A stretch of 61,680 bases of DNA, the filler included, from Nitrospirae bacterium CG2_30_53_67 (GTDB taxonomy: Bacteria > CG2-30-53-67): assembly GCA_001873285.1 (NCBI GenBank). It is 4 parts of 4 records of this genome, joined end to end, with 100 filler letters (N's around TTAATTAATTAA, not from the genome) between each part and the next. Parts side by side here need not be neighbours in the genome. Positions count along the whole stretch, not along the records: positions 1 to 17,955 come from MNYV01000111.1; positions 18,056 to 31,825 come from MNYV01000136.1; 2 more parts are not named here. One strand, 5' to 3'. Below are positions 8,616-18,742 of the stretch, in pieces. Position 1 is the stretch's first letter. Each line of letters starts with the position of its first letter. The notes beneath the pieces are model-generated. The model made no database searches. It saw nothing but the letters and a program-made list of their open reading frames with translations, and was not told where the DNA came from. The translations under genes were made by a program, and so were the position numbers.

Positions 8616-10946
8616 TCAGTTTCTCGATCCGAGGCGAAGCCGGTTGGCCTGGTGGAGGATGGTATCCAGATCGGCGCCGTCTTCGGGGTAGAGGGCGTAC
8701 CCCAGTTTGAAGTTCAGTTCCACGGCGGACAGGGCGGACCCCGGCTGTTTCTTTTTTTTGCGGATCGCACGGATCAGCCTGATGCTGAGATCTCGGATCT
8801 GCTCTACAGACTCCGGGAAAAGGATGCTGAATTTCAACGGGCCGGTGCGGGCCAGGGTGTCGTATTCCCGGATCTTTTCCTTAAGGATGTCGCAGACCTC
8901 GATGAGAATGTTGTTCCGCATCTCCACGTCGTACTGTTCGATGCCCGGTTTCTGATAGCTCCAGCAGAGGGTCAGGAGAATGAATCCCCTCTTGTATCGC
9001 TTAGAGCGGTTGATCTCGTTTTCAATCTCTTTATGGAAGGCGGTTTCATTGGGGAGGCCGGTGAGCTTGTCGTAGTTCAGGAAGATCCTGGACTGGTCGC
9101 TCCCCCGGGCATTGACCAGGGCCTTCTCCACGTAGAGGACGAATTTTTTAAAGATCTCCATATCCTCGTCGCCGAAGGAGGTCGCGTGGAAGGAGCCCTT
9201 GGGGATCTTGTCATAGATGGAGAGGACCCCCTGGACGATCCCGTTCCCCATGACGGGGAGGGCGATCACGGACTTGACCACCCTGCCGAATCTTTCGTAA
9301 CCTTTTTTCTCTCTCAGGTCCAGGATATGAACAGGCCCCTTCGTCTGCTCGGCCTCTGATGAGATCTCCTTGTCCAGTTCCATGATCTTGTCACGGATTT
9401 CCTCCTCCCACATGGAGTAGGTCGAGCGGATCTTCATCTCCCCGCCTTTCTCCCGAAGACGAAGGATGCAGCCGTCCGCATCCATGATCATGGCCGCTGA
9501 GGGGGGAATCAACTCCATGAGCTTGTTAAGATCAATGATGGAGAGGATGTTGATCCCGGCTTCGTTGATGGCCTCAATCTTCGTCGCCCGCAGGTTTGCG
9601 CTGTCTTCCTTCTGCGCGCTCTTGACGGTATCGGAGAGATTCCATCCGATCTCACGGAGCAGGGACTCCTCGTCCTCGGCAAGACCCCTGGGCGAAATCA
9701 CCTGGATGTTCATGACGCCGGTGATCTGGCCTTCCGAAACCAGGGGGATGGACATGAACGCCTTTTTCGCCTTGGAATCCAGGCTCGGGTGCTCCTTGAG
9801 GATCACCACTTCCTGCTCTTTCGCCGCCCAGCCGTCTATGCCTTCGTCCAGCAGTATCCTGTAATGGTCCGATGCCGTGAAGTTTCTGAGACTGGTTGCC
9901 TTCAGCGCCAGTTCCTTGGTGTTCTTGTCAAAGAGATAAATGGAGCAGACGCTTTTCTGAAAATGTTCTGAAATGGTCTTGCAGACTCTGCTTAAGCGTT
10001 CATCGAGCGGATCCTGAGAGTTGAGAATCTGGTTGAGCTCCTTCCAGATCACAAAGGTTTGCGCATTCTCCTTGAGGACTTGGTACTCCTGGGACTTGAG
10101 CAGGATCTCTGCATCGAAGGCGGCCAGCTTCGAGATGAAGGAGAGGTCCTCGCCGGTGAAACCGTCAATGCTTTTCAGGTTGTTGAGATTCAGGACGCCT
10201 ACCGTCGAACCGTTGATGGTCAGGGGAACACAAAGCGCCGATTTGATCTCCTCACGCTCGCGCAGGATCTTGAAGACGCTGTCGTCCGCCTTGCCGGAGA
10301 GGAGCAGAGGCTTACCTTCCAGGGCCACCTTGCCGGCGACCCCCTCCCCAAGCTTGCATCGGATGCTGGGGATCACTTCCGCAGGGATTCCCATGGCCAC
10401 TTCAACCTTCAAGACATTTTCCATGGGGTCCAGCAGCATGAGTGAGCCGTTGTCGGCCCCGGTGGATTCGATGGCCACCTTCAGGATCAGGGAGGTCACC
10501 TGTTTTCTGTCCGTGGTGAGGTTGACCGCTTCCACGATCTCGTTTAAGCTTGTGAGGAGCTTGGAATACCTGCTGCCTCCCTCAGGGATTTTCTCCTCCT
10601 CTTTTCCCTTGTATTCCCAGAGAAGGCGCGCGCTGAGAGCGCTGATGATCTCCACGGACTTGAATTCCTGTTTTTCCAGGAAGGCCCGTGCCTGAGGATC
10701 CGAAGAGGCGTCGATGATGATGCCGAGGCCGTCTTCCGACAGGAGGTCTTTCCATTCAGAGCAGATTCGGATGTCATACTTTTGCGCCAGCCGGAACCCG
10801 AGTTCATCGAGCTTGTAGATCATGGCGTCCTTGTTGGGTTCCACAATCAGCTTGACCTGGACAGTCGGGTCTTTCTCAAGGAGCGGAAGGAGGCCCAATG
10901 CCTGCTTATTTCCTCCGACGATGGCGATTTTCTTTCTCTGTTTCAT
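8616..10946 (-). CDS. Rossmann-like N-terminus + 3 GAF domains + degenerate GGDEF domain protein
   Basis: IAIVGG start; three GAF-like repeats (SALCVPL..GVLN, MSIPL..GVMN, IALPV..GVLS); YDKLTGLPN; GGDEF replaced by GPLKF. Confidence 0.85.
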   Translation of the reverse strand: MKQRKKIAIVGGNKQALGLLPLLEKDPTVQVKLIVEPNKDAMIYKLDELGFRLAQKYDIRICSEWKDLLSEDGLGIIIDASSDPQARAFLEKQEFKSVEIISALSARLLWEYKGKEEEKIPEGGSRYSKLLTSLNEIVEAVNLTTDRKQVTSLILKVAIESTGADNGSLMLLDPMENVLKVEVAMGIPAEVIPSIRCKLGEGVAGKVALEGKPLLLSGKADDSVFKILREREEIKSALCVPLTINGSTVGVLNLNNLKSIDGFTGEDLSFISKLAAFDAEILLKSQEYQVLKENAQTFVIWKELNQILNSQDPLDERLSRVCKTISEHFQKSVCSIYLFDKNTKELALKATSLRNFTASDHYRILLDEGIDGWAAKEQEVVILKEHPSLDSKAKKAFMSIPLVSEGQITGVMNIQVISPRGLAEDEESLLREIGWNLSDTVKSAQKEDSANLRATKIEAINEAGINILSIIDLNKLMELIPPSAAMIMDADGCILRLREKGGEMKIRSTYSMWEEEIRDKIMELDKEISSEAEQTKGPVHILDLREKKGYERFGRVVKSVIALPVMGNGIVQGVLSIYDKIPKGSFHATSFGDEDMEIFKKFVLYVEKALVNARGSDQSRIFLNYDKLTGLPNETAFHKEIENEINRSKRYKRGFILLTLCWSYQKPGIEQYDVEMRNNILIEVCDILKEKIREYDTLARTGPLKFSILFPESVEQIRDLSIRLIRAIRKKKKQPGSALSAVELNFKLGYALYPEDGADLDTILHQANRLRLGSRN

Positions 10947-10963
10947 AGGTCCCGTTGAGAGAG

Positions 10964-11803
10964 TCAGGGTTTGCGGTGCTCTTCAATGACCCCTTTTTCG
11001 AAGAGTTCCTTGATCCCCTCGCTATGAAGCAACCTGCCGGGGGCAGCCGATGCGGTCTTGCCCTGGGTGTTGTTGGCCATGGAGATCTTGTTTTCGTCCA
11101 GCCAGCACATGGCTTCCATGACCAGGTTGGTCGGAGAGAGATGGATGGACCGGATCTTCGATGTGATATGGTGATGAATGATGAAGATTCCATCCTGTAT
11201 CGAGAGGAGATCGAAGAGGGCCTCCTTGCCGAAGAGCCTCCCGCACACGGCATGGATCACTTCTCCACCCTCGAAGTAGACCCTTCCTTCCTTGCCTTCA
11301 CCTTCGATCTGAATGACGGCCGTCTTTCTTCCCATGTCCAGAAGCTGTATCAGGTCGATCAGATGGATATCTTTCAGGTTCCCCTTGATGCCGTCATCCT
11401 TGGTCAGGGTGGAAATACTGGAAAGGTTGGTTCTCCGCAGGACCGCCTTGATTCTGGCGATGAGTTCGTTCTCGTTGAAAGGTTTTGTGATGTAATCGTC
11501 GGCCCCTGCCTCCAGGGTGGAGATCTTGTCATGGATCAAGGTCCTGGAGGTCAGGAAGATGAAAGGGGTGTTCGAGATTTCAGGCGTCTTCCGGACCATC
11601 CGCATGAACTCCCTTCCATCCATATCCGCAAGGTTGATCTCGGAAAGGATCAGGTCGGGCTTGTTCTTGACGGTCAACTGCATGGCGAGTTCAAAACTGT
11701 GCGCAAAGTGAATCACGAAGCCGTTCTGGAGCAGGGCCTCTTTCACGATCCGAAGTGTTTGTGCGTCACTCTCTGCAACAAGAATCTCGTGGCCGATCAG
11801 CAT
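10964..11803 (-). CDS. Atypical response regulator: REC + DUF4388 (PATAN-like)
   Basis: REC fold (PFIFLTS, GADDYITKPF) followed by GNLKDIHLIDLIQLL..KTAV..GRVYFEGGEVIHA. Confidence 0.88.
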   Translation of the reverse strand: MLIGHEILVAESDAQTLRIVKEALLQNGFVIHFAHSFELAMQLTVKNKPDLILSEINLADMDGREFMRMVRKTPEISNTPFIFLTSRTLIHDKISTLEAGADDYITKPFNENELIARIKAVLRRTNLSSISTLTKDDGIKGNLKDIHLIDLIQLLDMGRKTAVIQIEGEGKEGRVYFEGGEVIHAVCGRLFGKEALFDLLSIQDGIFIIHHHITSKIRSIHLSPTNLVMEAMCWLDENKISMANNTQGKTASAAPGRLLHSEGIKELFEKGVIEEHRKP

Positions 11804-12105
11804 GGCGGATCCCGTCAGGAACGTGTTGAAAAACCTTAAAAATATCAAATATTTATTCTTCATTCATTTTATGAAATTCCAGTTGGATTGTCAATATTTT
11901 TGGAACGTTTGGAAAATTCCGGTTTAGATCCGGTCAGAACTCTTAAGAGTTTCCAAAGGCCGGCAGACCTGGACTGAAAGGCCGCTTCTTGATGGGCCCT
12001 TTGTTTTCATCTGTTGCCTTTATACAGGGATCATTATATAATATAATAAAAAACAGGATGGCAGAGGTCTTGATTCACAACGTCATATCCAATGAGTGAT
12101 TTCCT

Positions 12106-13398
12106 ATGCGTGCTGTCAAAAGTTTTATCGGCATCTTCATCGTTGCGGTTTCCCTTATTCTTCTTTTTTTCCCTGCGGGCGGACACGCTGAGACCCTGAT
12201 CGTTCTCAAGGATGGGCGCCGGATCAAGGTAGAGAATTTCTGGCGGGAAAATGAGATGGTGAAGTATCAGAGCTATGGGGGGATCGTGGGTATCCCGGGT
12301 GAGGACGTGGAACGGATCATCACGCCTGATATGGTTGCATTCGATGAAGCACAGGGGGTCCATACCATAGATGCCTATGAGCAGTTCCTGAGGAAATATC
12401 CCCAGAGTTCACTCGTTGCCGATGCGCGTGACCGGATCAGCGCGTTGACATTTGAAAAGGTCAAACAGATCCATTCGGCCCAGGCCTATCTCGACTATAT
12501 CAGGAGAAATCCCCAAAGCGCCTTCCTTCAGGAGGCCAAGGAGAGGGCCGAAGATCTGGTTTTTCAGGAAGCCGTCGTCATCAATCAATTGGATCAGTTT
12601 CAGGAGTATCTTGAAATCTATCCTGAAGGAAAGTTCTCAAGGGCGGCACGGAAGGCCGTGGAGATCATTAAATACGACGCCGTCAAACAAAGCGTGAACA
12701 TCCCCGATATCGAGACCTACCTGCACGACTATCCGCAGAGCGCCTACCGGCGGGGTCTCGAAAACCGCCTGGCCCAATTGGTTTCCGAATCAGAGGCCAA
12801 GGCCAAGGCGAAAAAGGAACAGGAACTGAAAAAAAAGAAGCTTCAGGAATTGGAGGCAAAGAAGAGGCACAGGTTCTGGATGGTCTTGTTATCCGTGGCC
12901 GGCCTTCTATCTGTTTCCGTTCCCGCGGCCCTGTTTTTCGTTAAGAAACGAAAAGCGGGCATGACCGCATCGGGCAAGGGGGTCACGGAATCCAAGAAAG
13001 GGCTGCCCCAGGAGGAATACGGGCAGAAGTCCCCTTTCAAGAAGGAGCCTGTCCGTTATGAGGACCTGATCAGCACGCCGCGCAACAGGGACCCTCAGTC
13101 CGCTTCGGGTTCAGAAACGACCCTGGCATTGGACCATAAGACGCAGTTCTCCCTTCCCGAACCCGAGAAAAAGGGAGGATCGTCTTCAGAAGAAGAAACG
13201 GATCCGTTAAAGGATCAGTTTGAGAATGCTTCGTTTGCAAAAGAGGAAACCGCCATTCCTATGGGTTACAAAGAAGACAAGGGGCCTGACGAGAAACCGT
13301 CTTCATACGAAAGGACGATTGATCTTTCGGATCATGAGACCGATTTCAATCTGGAATTGGAGGATGTTCCGGAGGAGACCGAAGGGAAAGAGACTTAG
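12106..13398 (+). CDS. Bitopic membrane protein with periplasmic helical YxxY/FLxxYP repeats and an acidic cytoplasmic tail
   Basis: Signal peptide, repeated YEQFLRKYP/FQEYLEIYP/ETYLHDYP, TM helix followed by KKRK. Confidence 0.7.
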   Translation: MRAVKSFIGIFIVAVSLILLFFPAGGHAETLIVLKDGRRIKVENFWRENEMVKYQSYGGIVGIPGEDVERIITPDMVAFDEAQGVHTIDAYEQFLRKYPQSSLVADARDRISALTFEKVKQIHSAQAYLDYIRRNPQSAFLQEAKERAEDLVFQEAVVINQLDQFQEYLEIYPEGKFSRAARKAVEIIKYDAVKQSVNIPDIETYLHDYPQSAYRRGLENRLAQLVSESEAKAKAKKEQELKKKKLQELEAKKRHRFWMVLLSVAGLLSVSVPAALFFVKKRKAGMTASGKGVTESKKGLPQEEYGQKSPFKKEPVRYEDLISTPRNRDPQSASGSETTLALDHKTQFSLPEPEKKGGSSSEEETDPLKDQFENASFAKEETAIPMGYKEDKGPDEKPSSYERTIDLSDHETDFNLELEDVPEETEGKET

Positions 13399-13563
13399 TG
13401 GCCCTATTCGTAAATACGGTGGCATTCGAGTGCCGTAGGGGGGCGGTCGGATCAAAGTTTCGCTCCTTGCGGTGTACCAAAGGGGTACGCCTCAGTCGCG
13501 CGCTTTAATGAAACCGCCCTACGACCCTCTCGGTACGTCACCATATTTACGAACAGGACCACT
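13397..13563. mobile_element. MITE-like element, copy 1 (TIRs AGTGGYCCTRTTCGTAAATA)
   Basis: Ends AGTGGCCCTATTCGTAAATA...TATTTACGAACAGGACCACT; inverted homologue at 14992-15177. Confidence 0.8.
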
Positions 13564-13627
13564 TGTTTTTAAATCCCCGCAGTTTTGGGTGTGCGGCAAA
13601 TTTATGGGTAAATATTTCTCTGGCAGC

Positions 13628-13790
13628 GTCATTCCCCGACCCCCGATCGTAGTCGAGGGCAGGCTCGATCGGGGAATCCATGGTTCGACAAGCTCACCAT
13701 GACAATTGTCACCCTGAGCCTGTCGAAGGGTGGATTGTCCGGTCGGGCCTGTCCTCCGATCCCCCGATCCAGTCGGAGGACAGGCATTTT
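13628..13790. repeat. Composite nested palindromic repeat
   Basis: Backbone of the 1308-1396 element interrupted by CCCCGATC..GAGGGCAGGCTC and TTCGACAAGCTCACC/CTGAGCCTGTCGAAGG units. Confidence 0.6.
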
Positions 13791-13952
13791 TGTCGCAGAC
13801 CCCGCAGTTTTTATCCTCTTGACACTCCGTGTCTGAAGAAAGTATGATCATCCCACTCGATTCGATATCTTGATAAAAGCGGACCATGATGTCTGTAAGA
13901 GCCTATTTTACCATGATTTTAATGAATTATTAATAGTGTCACAGGAGCGTTC

Positions 13953-14963
13953 ATGCAAAAGAAAGACCGGTATCATGTTGCCGTTGTGGGTGCAACCGGC
14001 GCCGTAGGCAACGAGATGATCTCCATCCTCGATGAGAGGAAATTTCCGGTGGGCGATCTGCGTCTTCTGGCTTCCTCGAGGTCCATAGGGAAAACGCTTT
14101 CCTTTAAGGGCAGGGATCATGATGTGGAGGAGTTGAAAGAGACCTCGTTTGAAGGGGTGGATCTTGCTCTTTTTTCCGCCGGAGCATCCAGGAGTCTTCA
14201 ATTCGCGCCCATCGCCGTAAAAAGCGGGGCCGTGGTCGTGGATAACAGCAGCGCATTCCGTACGGATCCCGATATCCCTCTGGTGGTTCCGGAGGTGAAT
14301 GCGCCGGCCCTGGCGCGCCACCATGGGATCATCGCCAATCCCAACTGCTCCACCATCCAGATGGTTGTTGCCTTGAAGCCGATCCATGACGTGGCGAAGA
14401 TCCGAAGGATCGTGGTGACCACGTTCCAGGCGGTCTCCGGCACGGGGCAGAAGGCCATGGATGAACTTTTGGATCAGACCCGTTCCCTGCTCTCTTTCAG
14501 GGAAGTCGTCCACAAGGTCTATCCCCATCAGATCGCCTTCAACTGTCTGCCGCACATCGACGTATTTCTTCCGAACGGTTATTCCAAAGAAGAGATGAAG
14601 ATGGTGAACGAGACGAGAAAGATTCTGGAAGACGACAGCATCGGTGTTACGGCGACCACGGTCCGGGTTCCGGTCTTCCGCTGTCATTCCGAATCGGTCA
14701 ATATCCAGACCGAAAAGAAGATTACGGCCGGCCAGGCGAGGGAATTGCTGGCGTATGCCGAAGGAGTCTGTGTGCTGGACGATCCGGCAAACCATATCTA
14801 CCCCATGGCCATCGACGCGGCCGGCAAGGACGAGACCTTTGTCGGAAGGATACGGGAAGACGAATCCATAGAGAACGGGCTCAACCTGTGGATTGTTTCG
14901 GACAATCTCCGGAAAGGCGCCGCCTTGAATGCCGTTCAGATCGCCGAACGCCTTATTTCCTGA
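13953..14963 (+). CDS. asd: Aspartate-semialdehyde dehydrogenase
   Basis: VAVVGATGAVG, IANPNCSTIQ, QAVSGTG, RVPV..CHSES, DNLRKGAALNAVQIAE. Confidence 0.98.
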   Translation: MQKKDRYHVAVVGATGAVGNEMISILDERKFPVGDLRLLASSRSIGKTLSFKGRDHDVEELKETSFEGVDLALFSAGASRSLQFAPIAVKSGAVVVDNSSAFRTDPDIPLVVPEVNAPALARHHGIIANPNCSTIQMVVALKPIHDVAKIRRIVVTTFQAVSGTGQKAMDELLDQTRSLLSFREVVHKVYPHQIAFNCLPHIDVFLPNGYSKEEMKMVNETRKILEDDSIGVTATTVRVPVFRCHSESVNIQTEKKITAGQARELLAYAEGVCVLDDPANHIYPMAIDAAGKDETFVGRIREDESIENGLNLWIVSDNLRKGAALNAVQIAERLIS

Positions 14964-14991
14964 GAGATGTTGAGGGTCGCTGCTCGCTCGA

Positions 14992-15177
14992 AGTGGTCCT
15001 GTTCGTAAATATGGTAACGTACCGACTTGTACTCGGTTTACCGGTAGAGGGTCATAGGGTGGTTTCATCAAGGGGCGTGACTGAGACGTACCCCCTGTGG
15101 TACGTCGCAAGGAGCGGAACGCCGATGAGACCGCCCTACGGCCCTCGAATGCGACTGTATTTACGAATAGGGCCGCT
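14992..15177. mobile_element. MITE-like element, copy 2 (inverted relative to copy 1)
   Basis: Same TIRs and internal sequence as 13397-13563 in reverse complement, with a ~19-bp insertion. Confidence 0.8.
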
Positions 15178-15190
15178 AAGGTTTCAGGCC

Positions 15191-16603
15191 ATGATATTCC
15201 CCAAAGAAAAAATCCCCGGCATCCTGAAAAAGGCCCTGAGCAGGGGTGGGGATTTCGCAGAATGCTATTTTGAAAACGGCGGTCATTCTTCTGTGATCCT
15301 TGAGGACCAAAAGATAGAAAAGGTCATCACGGGGAGCAGCAGAGGCGTGGGGCTTAGGGTTATTTCCGGCCTGCGGACCGTCTATGCCTACTCCAACGAG
15401 ACCTCTCCCCGATCCCTGATGGAGATGGCGGGCATGGTCAGCCGGGCCGTTCAGCGAGGAGCCGCGGAAAAGGTCATCCCACTGGTTTCTAAGACGCCCC
15501 CTTTTGAGATGCCGGTCTTGACCGATCCTGTTTCGGTTCCGATCCGGGCCAAAGTCGATCTGGCGCTCTCCGCCGATGCCGCCGTGAGAAGGGTTGATCC
15601 GCGGATCCGCCAGTCCAAGGTGCTGATCTTAGACGGCCGCAAGGAGGTTTTGATCGCCAATTCATTGGGCGAACTGGCCGAGGATGAGCGAGTCTACCTT
15701 CTTGCGCATGTTCAGGCTGTGGCCGGGGACGGGAACCTGATCCAGACGGGGGCGGAAACCCTGGGAGGCGCTGTGGGATATGAACTCTTCCAGGCCGAGC
15801 CCCTGGAAGAGGCCGCCCGGCGCGCGGCGGTCCGGGCCGTTCTCATGCTTTTCGCCTCTCCTGCGACTGCAGGCAGGATGCCCGTGGTTCTTTCCTCCAG
15901 GGCCGGGGGGACCATGATCCACGAGGCGGTGGGGCACGGTCTCGAGGCCGATCTGGTTCAGCAGAGGCTCTCGGTTTACAGCGGCCGAGTGGGAGATTGT
16001 ATTGCATCGCCCACGATCTCCGTGGTGGACGATTCCACGGTTCCTTATAAAAGAGGCTCTTTCCGGTTTGACGATGAAGGGACTCCGTCCCGGCGCACGG
16101 TCTTGATCGAGCAGGGCGTGCTCAAGGGATACCTCTATGACCGTCTGTCCGCCATGAAGGACGGGGCTGCATCCACAGGGAACGGAAGGCGGGAGTCCTT
16201 CCGCTGCCGTCCGATCCCCCGGATGACCAATACGATGATCCTGCCCGGGCGTGAGGACCCTGAGGAGATTATACGGGCCACGGCCTCAGGACTCTTTGTC
16301 GTCCGTATGGGGGGAGGACAGGTGAACACGGTCAACGGAGATTTTGTCTTTGAGGTAGGGGAGGGGTATCGGATTGAAAATGGCCGGATCGGAGAACCGG
16401 TGAGGGGGGCGACCCTGACAGGGAACGGACCGGCCGTTCTGATGCAGATTGACCGGGTCGGGAACGATCTGGGGTATGCGGTCGGGACCTGCGGCAAGGA
16501 CGGACAGGGGGCGCCGGTCGCGGATGCGCAGCCCACGGTCCGGATTCCGGAGATGACGGTCGGCGGGGAGGTCGGAGATGGGACTCGACGCGCGGCACGA
16601 TGA
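15191..16603 (+). CDS. tldD: TldD metalloprotease (TldD/PmbA family)
   Basis: [30 protein letters not shown] and CGKDGQ motifs; the ORF-track start at 14888 is read-through of the MITE. Confidence 0.95.
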   Translation: MIFPKEKIPGILKKALSRGGDFAECYFENGGHSSVILEDQKIEKVITGSSRGVGLRVISGLRTVYAYSNETSPRSLMEMAGMVSRAVQRGAAEKVIPLVSKTPPFEMPVLTDPVSVPIRAKVDLALSADAAVRRVDPRIRQSKVLILDGRKEVLIANSLGELAEDERVYLLAHVQAVAGDGNLIQTGAETLGGAVGYELFQAEPLEEAARRAAVRAVLMLFASPATAGRMPVVLSSRAGGTMIHEAVGHGLEADLVQQRLSVYSGRVGDCIASPTISVVDDSTVPYKRGSFRFDDEGTPSRRTVLIEQGVLKGYLYDRLSAMKDGAASTGNGRRESFRCRPIPRMTNTMILPGREDPEEIIRATASGLFVVRMGGGQVNTVNGDFVFEVGEGYRIENGRIGEPVRGATLTGNGPAVLMQIDRVGNDLGYAVGTCGKDGQGAPVADAQPTVRIPEMTVGGEVGDGTRRAAR

Positions 16604-17483
16604 GCTGGAAGCATTGAACCGGCGGCTTGAAGAGATGATCCTGCAGAGGACGCAGGAACTCATTGAAAAGAGCAGGGAGCTGGAACGGCAGAACCGGGAG
16701 CTTGCCGAGGCCAACATCCGGATACGGGAGGCGGATAAGCGCAAGTCCGAGTTTCTGGCCAATATCTCTCACGAGCTTAGGACCCCCATGAACTCGATCC
16801 TGGGCTACACCAACATGCTGCTGAAGGGGAATTACGGGTACATGAACGAGCAGCAGCAGAAGAGCCTGAGGAAGGTCTATGAGAACGCCCAGCACCTGAT
16901 GCATATCTTAAATGATCTCCTTGATCTTTCCCATCTTGAGGTCGGCAGGCTCCTGCTGAAAATCAGCCCGGTGAGCGTGAGAAAGGTCGTCTTGTCCTCT
17001 ATGGTCAGCGTGGAGCCCATTCTTATGGGCCGTGTGCTGACGGTGGACCACGATATTCCCCCGGATATCCCGTTCGTGCTTGCCGATGAGGTCCGGATCA
17101 GGGAGGTCCTGATCAACCTGATCAGCAACGCGATCAAGTTTACGGCGGACAACGGAAGGGTTACGGTCCGGGCGAATGTCCTCAGCGTCAGGGGCGACGG
17201 CGATGCAAAAGAGATGGTGGAGATACACGTGGAGGATACCGGCATCGGGATTGATCAGAAGAACCATGAGATCATCTTCGACCAGTTCCGACAGCTCAAT
17301 GAACACAAAAAGCCGGAGGAAAGAGGGTCGGGGCTCGGTCTTTTTATCAGCAAGAGGCTGGTGGAGGTGCATGGAGGGATGATCCGGGTCCAGAGCGAAC
17401 CGGGGAAAGGGAGCATCTTCTCATTCACCCTGCCTTCGGCTGGGCCGGGGAAAAGGCCGGTTGCGGAAGATCCGTCCGCATGA
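16578..17483 (+). CDS. Cytoplasmic histidine kinase (coiled coil-HisKA-HATPase)
   Basis: [36 protein letters not shown]; no TM or sensor domain. Confidence 0.93.
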   Translation: MGLDARHDELEALNRRLEEMILQRTQELIEKSRELERQNRELAEANIRIREADKRKSEFLANISHELRTPMNSILGYTNMLLKGNYGYMNEQQQKSLRKVYENAQHLMHILNDLLDLSHLEVGRLLLKISPVSVRKVVLSSMVSVEPILMGRVLTVDHDIPPDIPFVLADEVRIREVLINLISNAIKFTADNGRVTVRANVLSVRGDGDAKEMVEIHVEDTGIGIDQKNHEIIFDQFRQLNEHKKPEERGSGLGLFISKRLVEVHGGMIRVQSEPGKGSIFSFTLPSAGPGKRPVAEDPSA

Positions 17484-17489
17484 TTGAAT

Positions 17490-17735
17490 AAGGGTAAACC
17501 CCCGGCTCTGCCGGGGGACTCTTAGAGTTCGGCCATTCCGGGAGTATGCAGTGAACCGAAATGCTTTACCCCTAACTCCCCCTTGCCCCCTCTTAAAATA
17601 AGAGGGGGAACCTCCCCTTGTAGTAAGGGGAGGAGGGGAGGGGTTAAGGGAGGGTGTTTTTAACCGTTTGCGAATAGGCCTCTTTGAGGGGCCGGCAAAT
17701 GTCAAGCCTCCGGCTTTGCCGGAGGTTGATGATTG
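17490..17735. mobile_element. Non-autonomous IS200/IS605-type (PATE-like) element with a nested REP insert
   Basis: Sub-terminal hairpins CCCCCGGCTCTGCCGGGGG and CCTCCGGCTTTGCCGGAGG; no transposase ORF. Confidence 0.55.
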
Positions 17736-17786
17736 AAACGTGCCGGCGGCACGCGGCACGGATTGCAGGAGAGGGCTGAGGGGTTT

Positions 17787-17955
17787 ATGCAGATCGTTTC
17801 CAACATTCTGGTCGTGGACGACAACAGGAACAATCTGGAACTCCTTTCCGACATGCTGGAAATGGAAGGGTATTACGTACGGACGGCTGAGACCGGTGAG
17901 ACGGCCCTCAAGGAGGTCTTGAAAGAGAGGCCTGATCTGATCCTTCTGGATATCA
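17787..17955 (+). CDS. Response regulator receiver domain, truncated by contig end
   Basis: ILVVDDN...PDLILLDI, then N run. Confidence 0.85.
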
Positions 17956-18055
17956 NNNNNNNNNNNNNNNNNNNNNNNNNNNNNNNNNNNNNNNNNNNNT
18001 TAATTAATTAANNNNNNNNNNNNNNNNNNNNNNNNNNNNNNNNNNNNNNNNNNNN
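17956..18055. other. Artificial contig linker
   Basis: N runs around TTAATTAATTAA (stops in all frames). Confidence 0.99.
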
Positions 18056-18123
18056 CGAGTGGAGGCTCCAACGTGCCAAAGAAGATTTTCTGCGGGAAAC
18101 GGGAAGGGCCGAGGAGGATGCGA

Positions 18124-18489
18124 ATGAGTAGCCTCGCAGAACAGATTCGGTACGGTGAGACAGAACTGGCCAGGGCAGAGGCACTACCGCGTCTCGCGCT
18201 TTCCCATCCACAGGTTTGTGCTTTGCCACCGGACTGTTACCGCCTGTGGGTGAAGCGGATCGAGAAGCTGAGCCAGCCCCTCCAGGCAACCGTGGACCTG
18301 TTGCCTGCCCGTAAGCAAGCGCTTACTGTCGCTAGATCTGTGGCAGAAGAACGGAACACGGTTGAGTCCAACAATAGCCTTGTTCGCTTCGGCGGCCAGA
18401 CCTTGGATTTCTTATTGGCCAGGCACTTGGCCGTCGCTGCATATGTGACCATGACGTGGACCATCTACGACAGGCTGGCCAATGTGTGA
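18124..18489 (+). CDS. Hypothetical protein, probably truncated
   Basis: ATG after a GAGGAGG RBS; ORF ends abruptly just before another gene fragment. Confidence 0.45.
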   Translation: MSSLAEQIRYGETELARAEALPRLALSHPQVCALPPDCYRLWVKRIEKLSQPLQATVDLLPARKQALTVARSVAEERNTVESNNSLVRFGGQTLDFLLARHLAVAAYVTMTWTIYDRLANV

Positions 18490-18525
18490 GGAAAGCCATC
18501 AACGAGAAGGACTTGCTCACCCTCG

Positions 18526-18654
18526 GCGGTGGTGGAATGGTGCGGCCATGCCACCGAACATGAGCGGAAGCACGGCGGGAAACCGTGGTCGTATCTGCTT
18601 ATTCCGCACGATGTCATTGCGGACAACAAGACACTCGCGGGATTAGCGGCTTAG
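18526..18654 (+). pseudogene. C-terminal fragment resembling a type III restriction (Res) helicase-nuclease subunit
   Basis: Translates AVVEWCGHATEHERKHGGKPWSYLLIPHDVIADNKTLAGLAA*; no start codon. Confidence 0.6.
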
Positions 18655-18742
18655 TCCAAGCTTTGAGAGCGACTTTTTGTCTTGACCACTTATCGGAACA
18701 ACTTGTATATTTCGTCAAAGGGAAATGTGGGGTGAGTGGGGA

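Noticed and set aside
14888..15190. 100-aa N-terminal extension of TldD
   Set aside because: Read-through of the asd end and a MITE; the real start is likely 15191.
17956..18055. TTAATTAATTAA motif repeated three times in the window
   Set aside because: Artificial contig-joining linker; adjacency across it is not biological.
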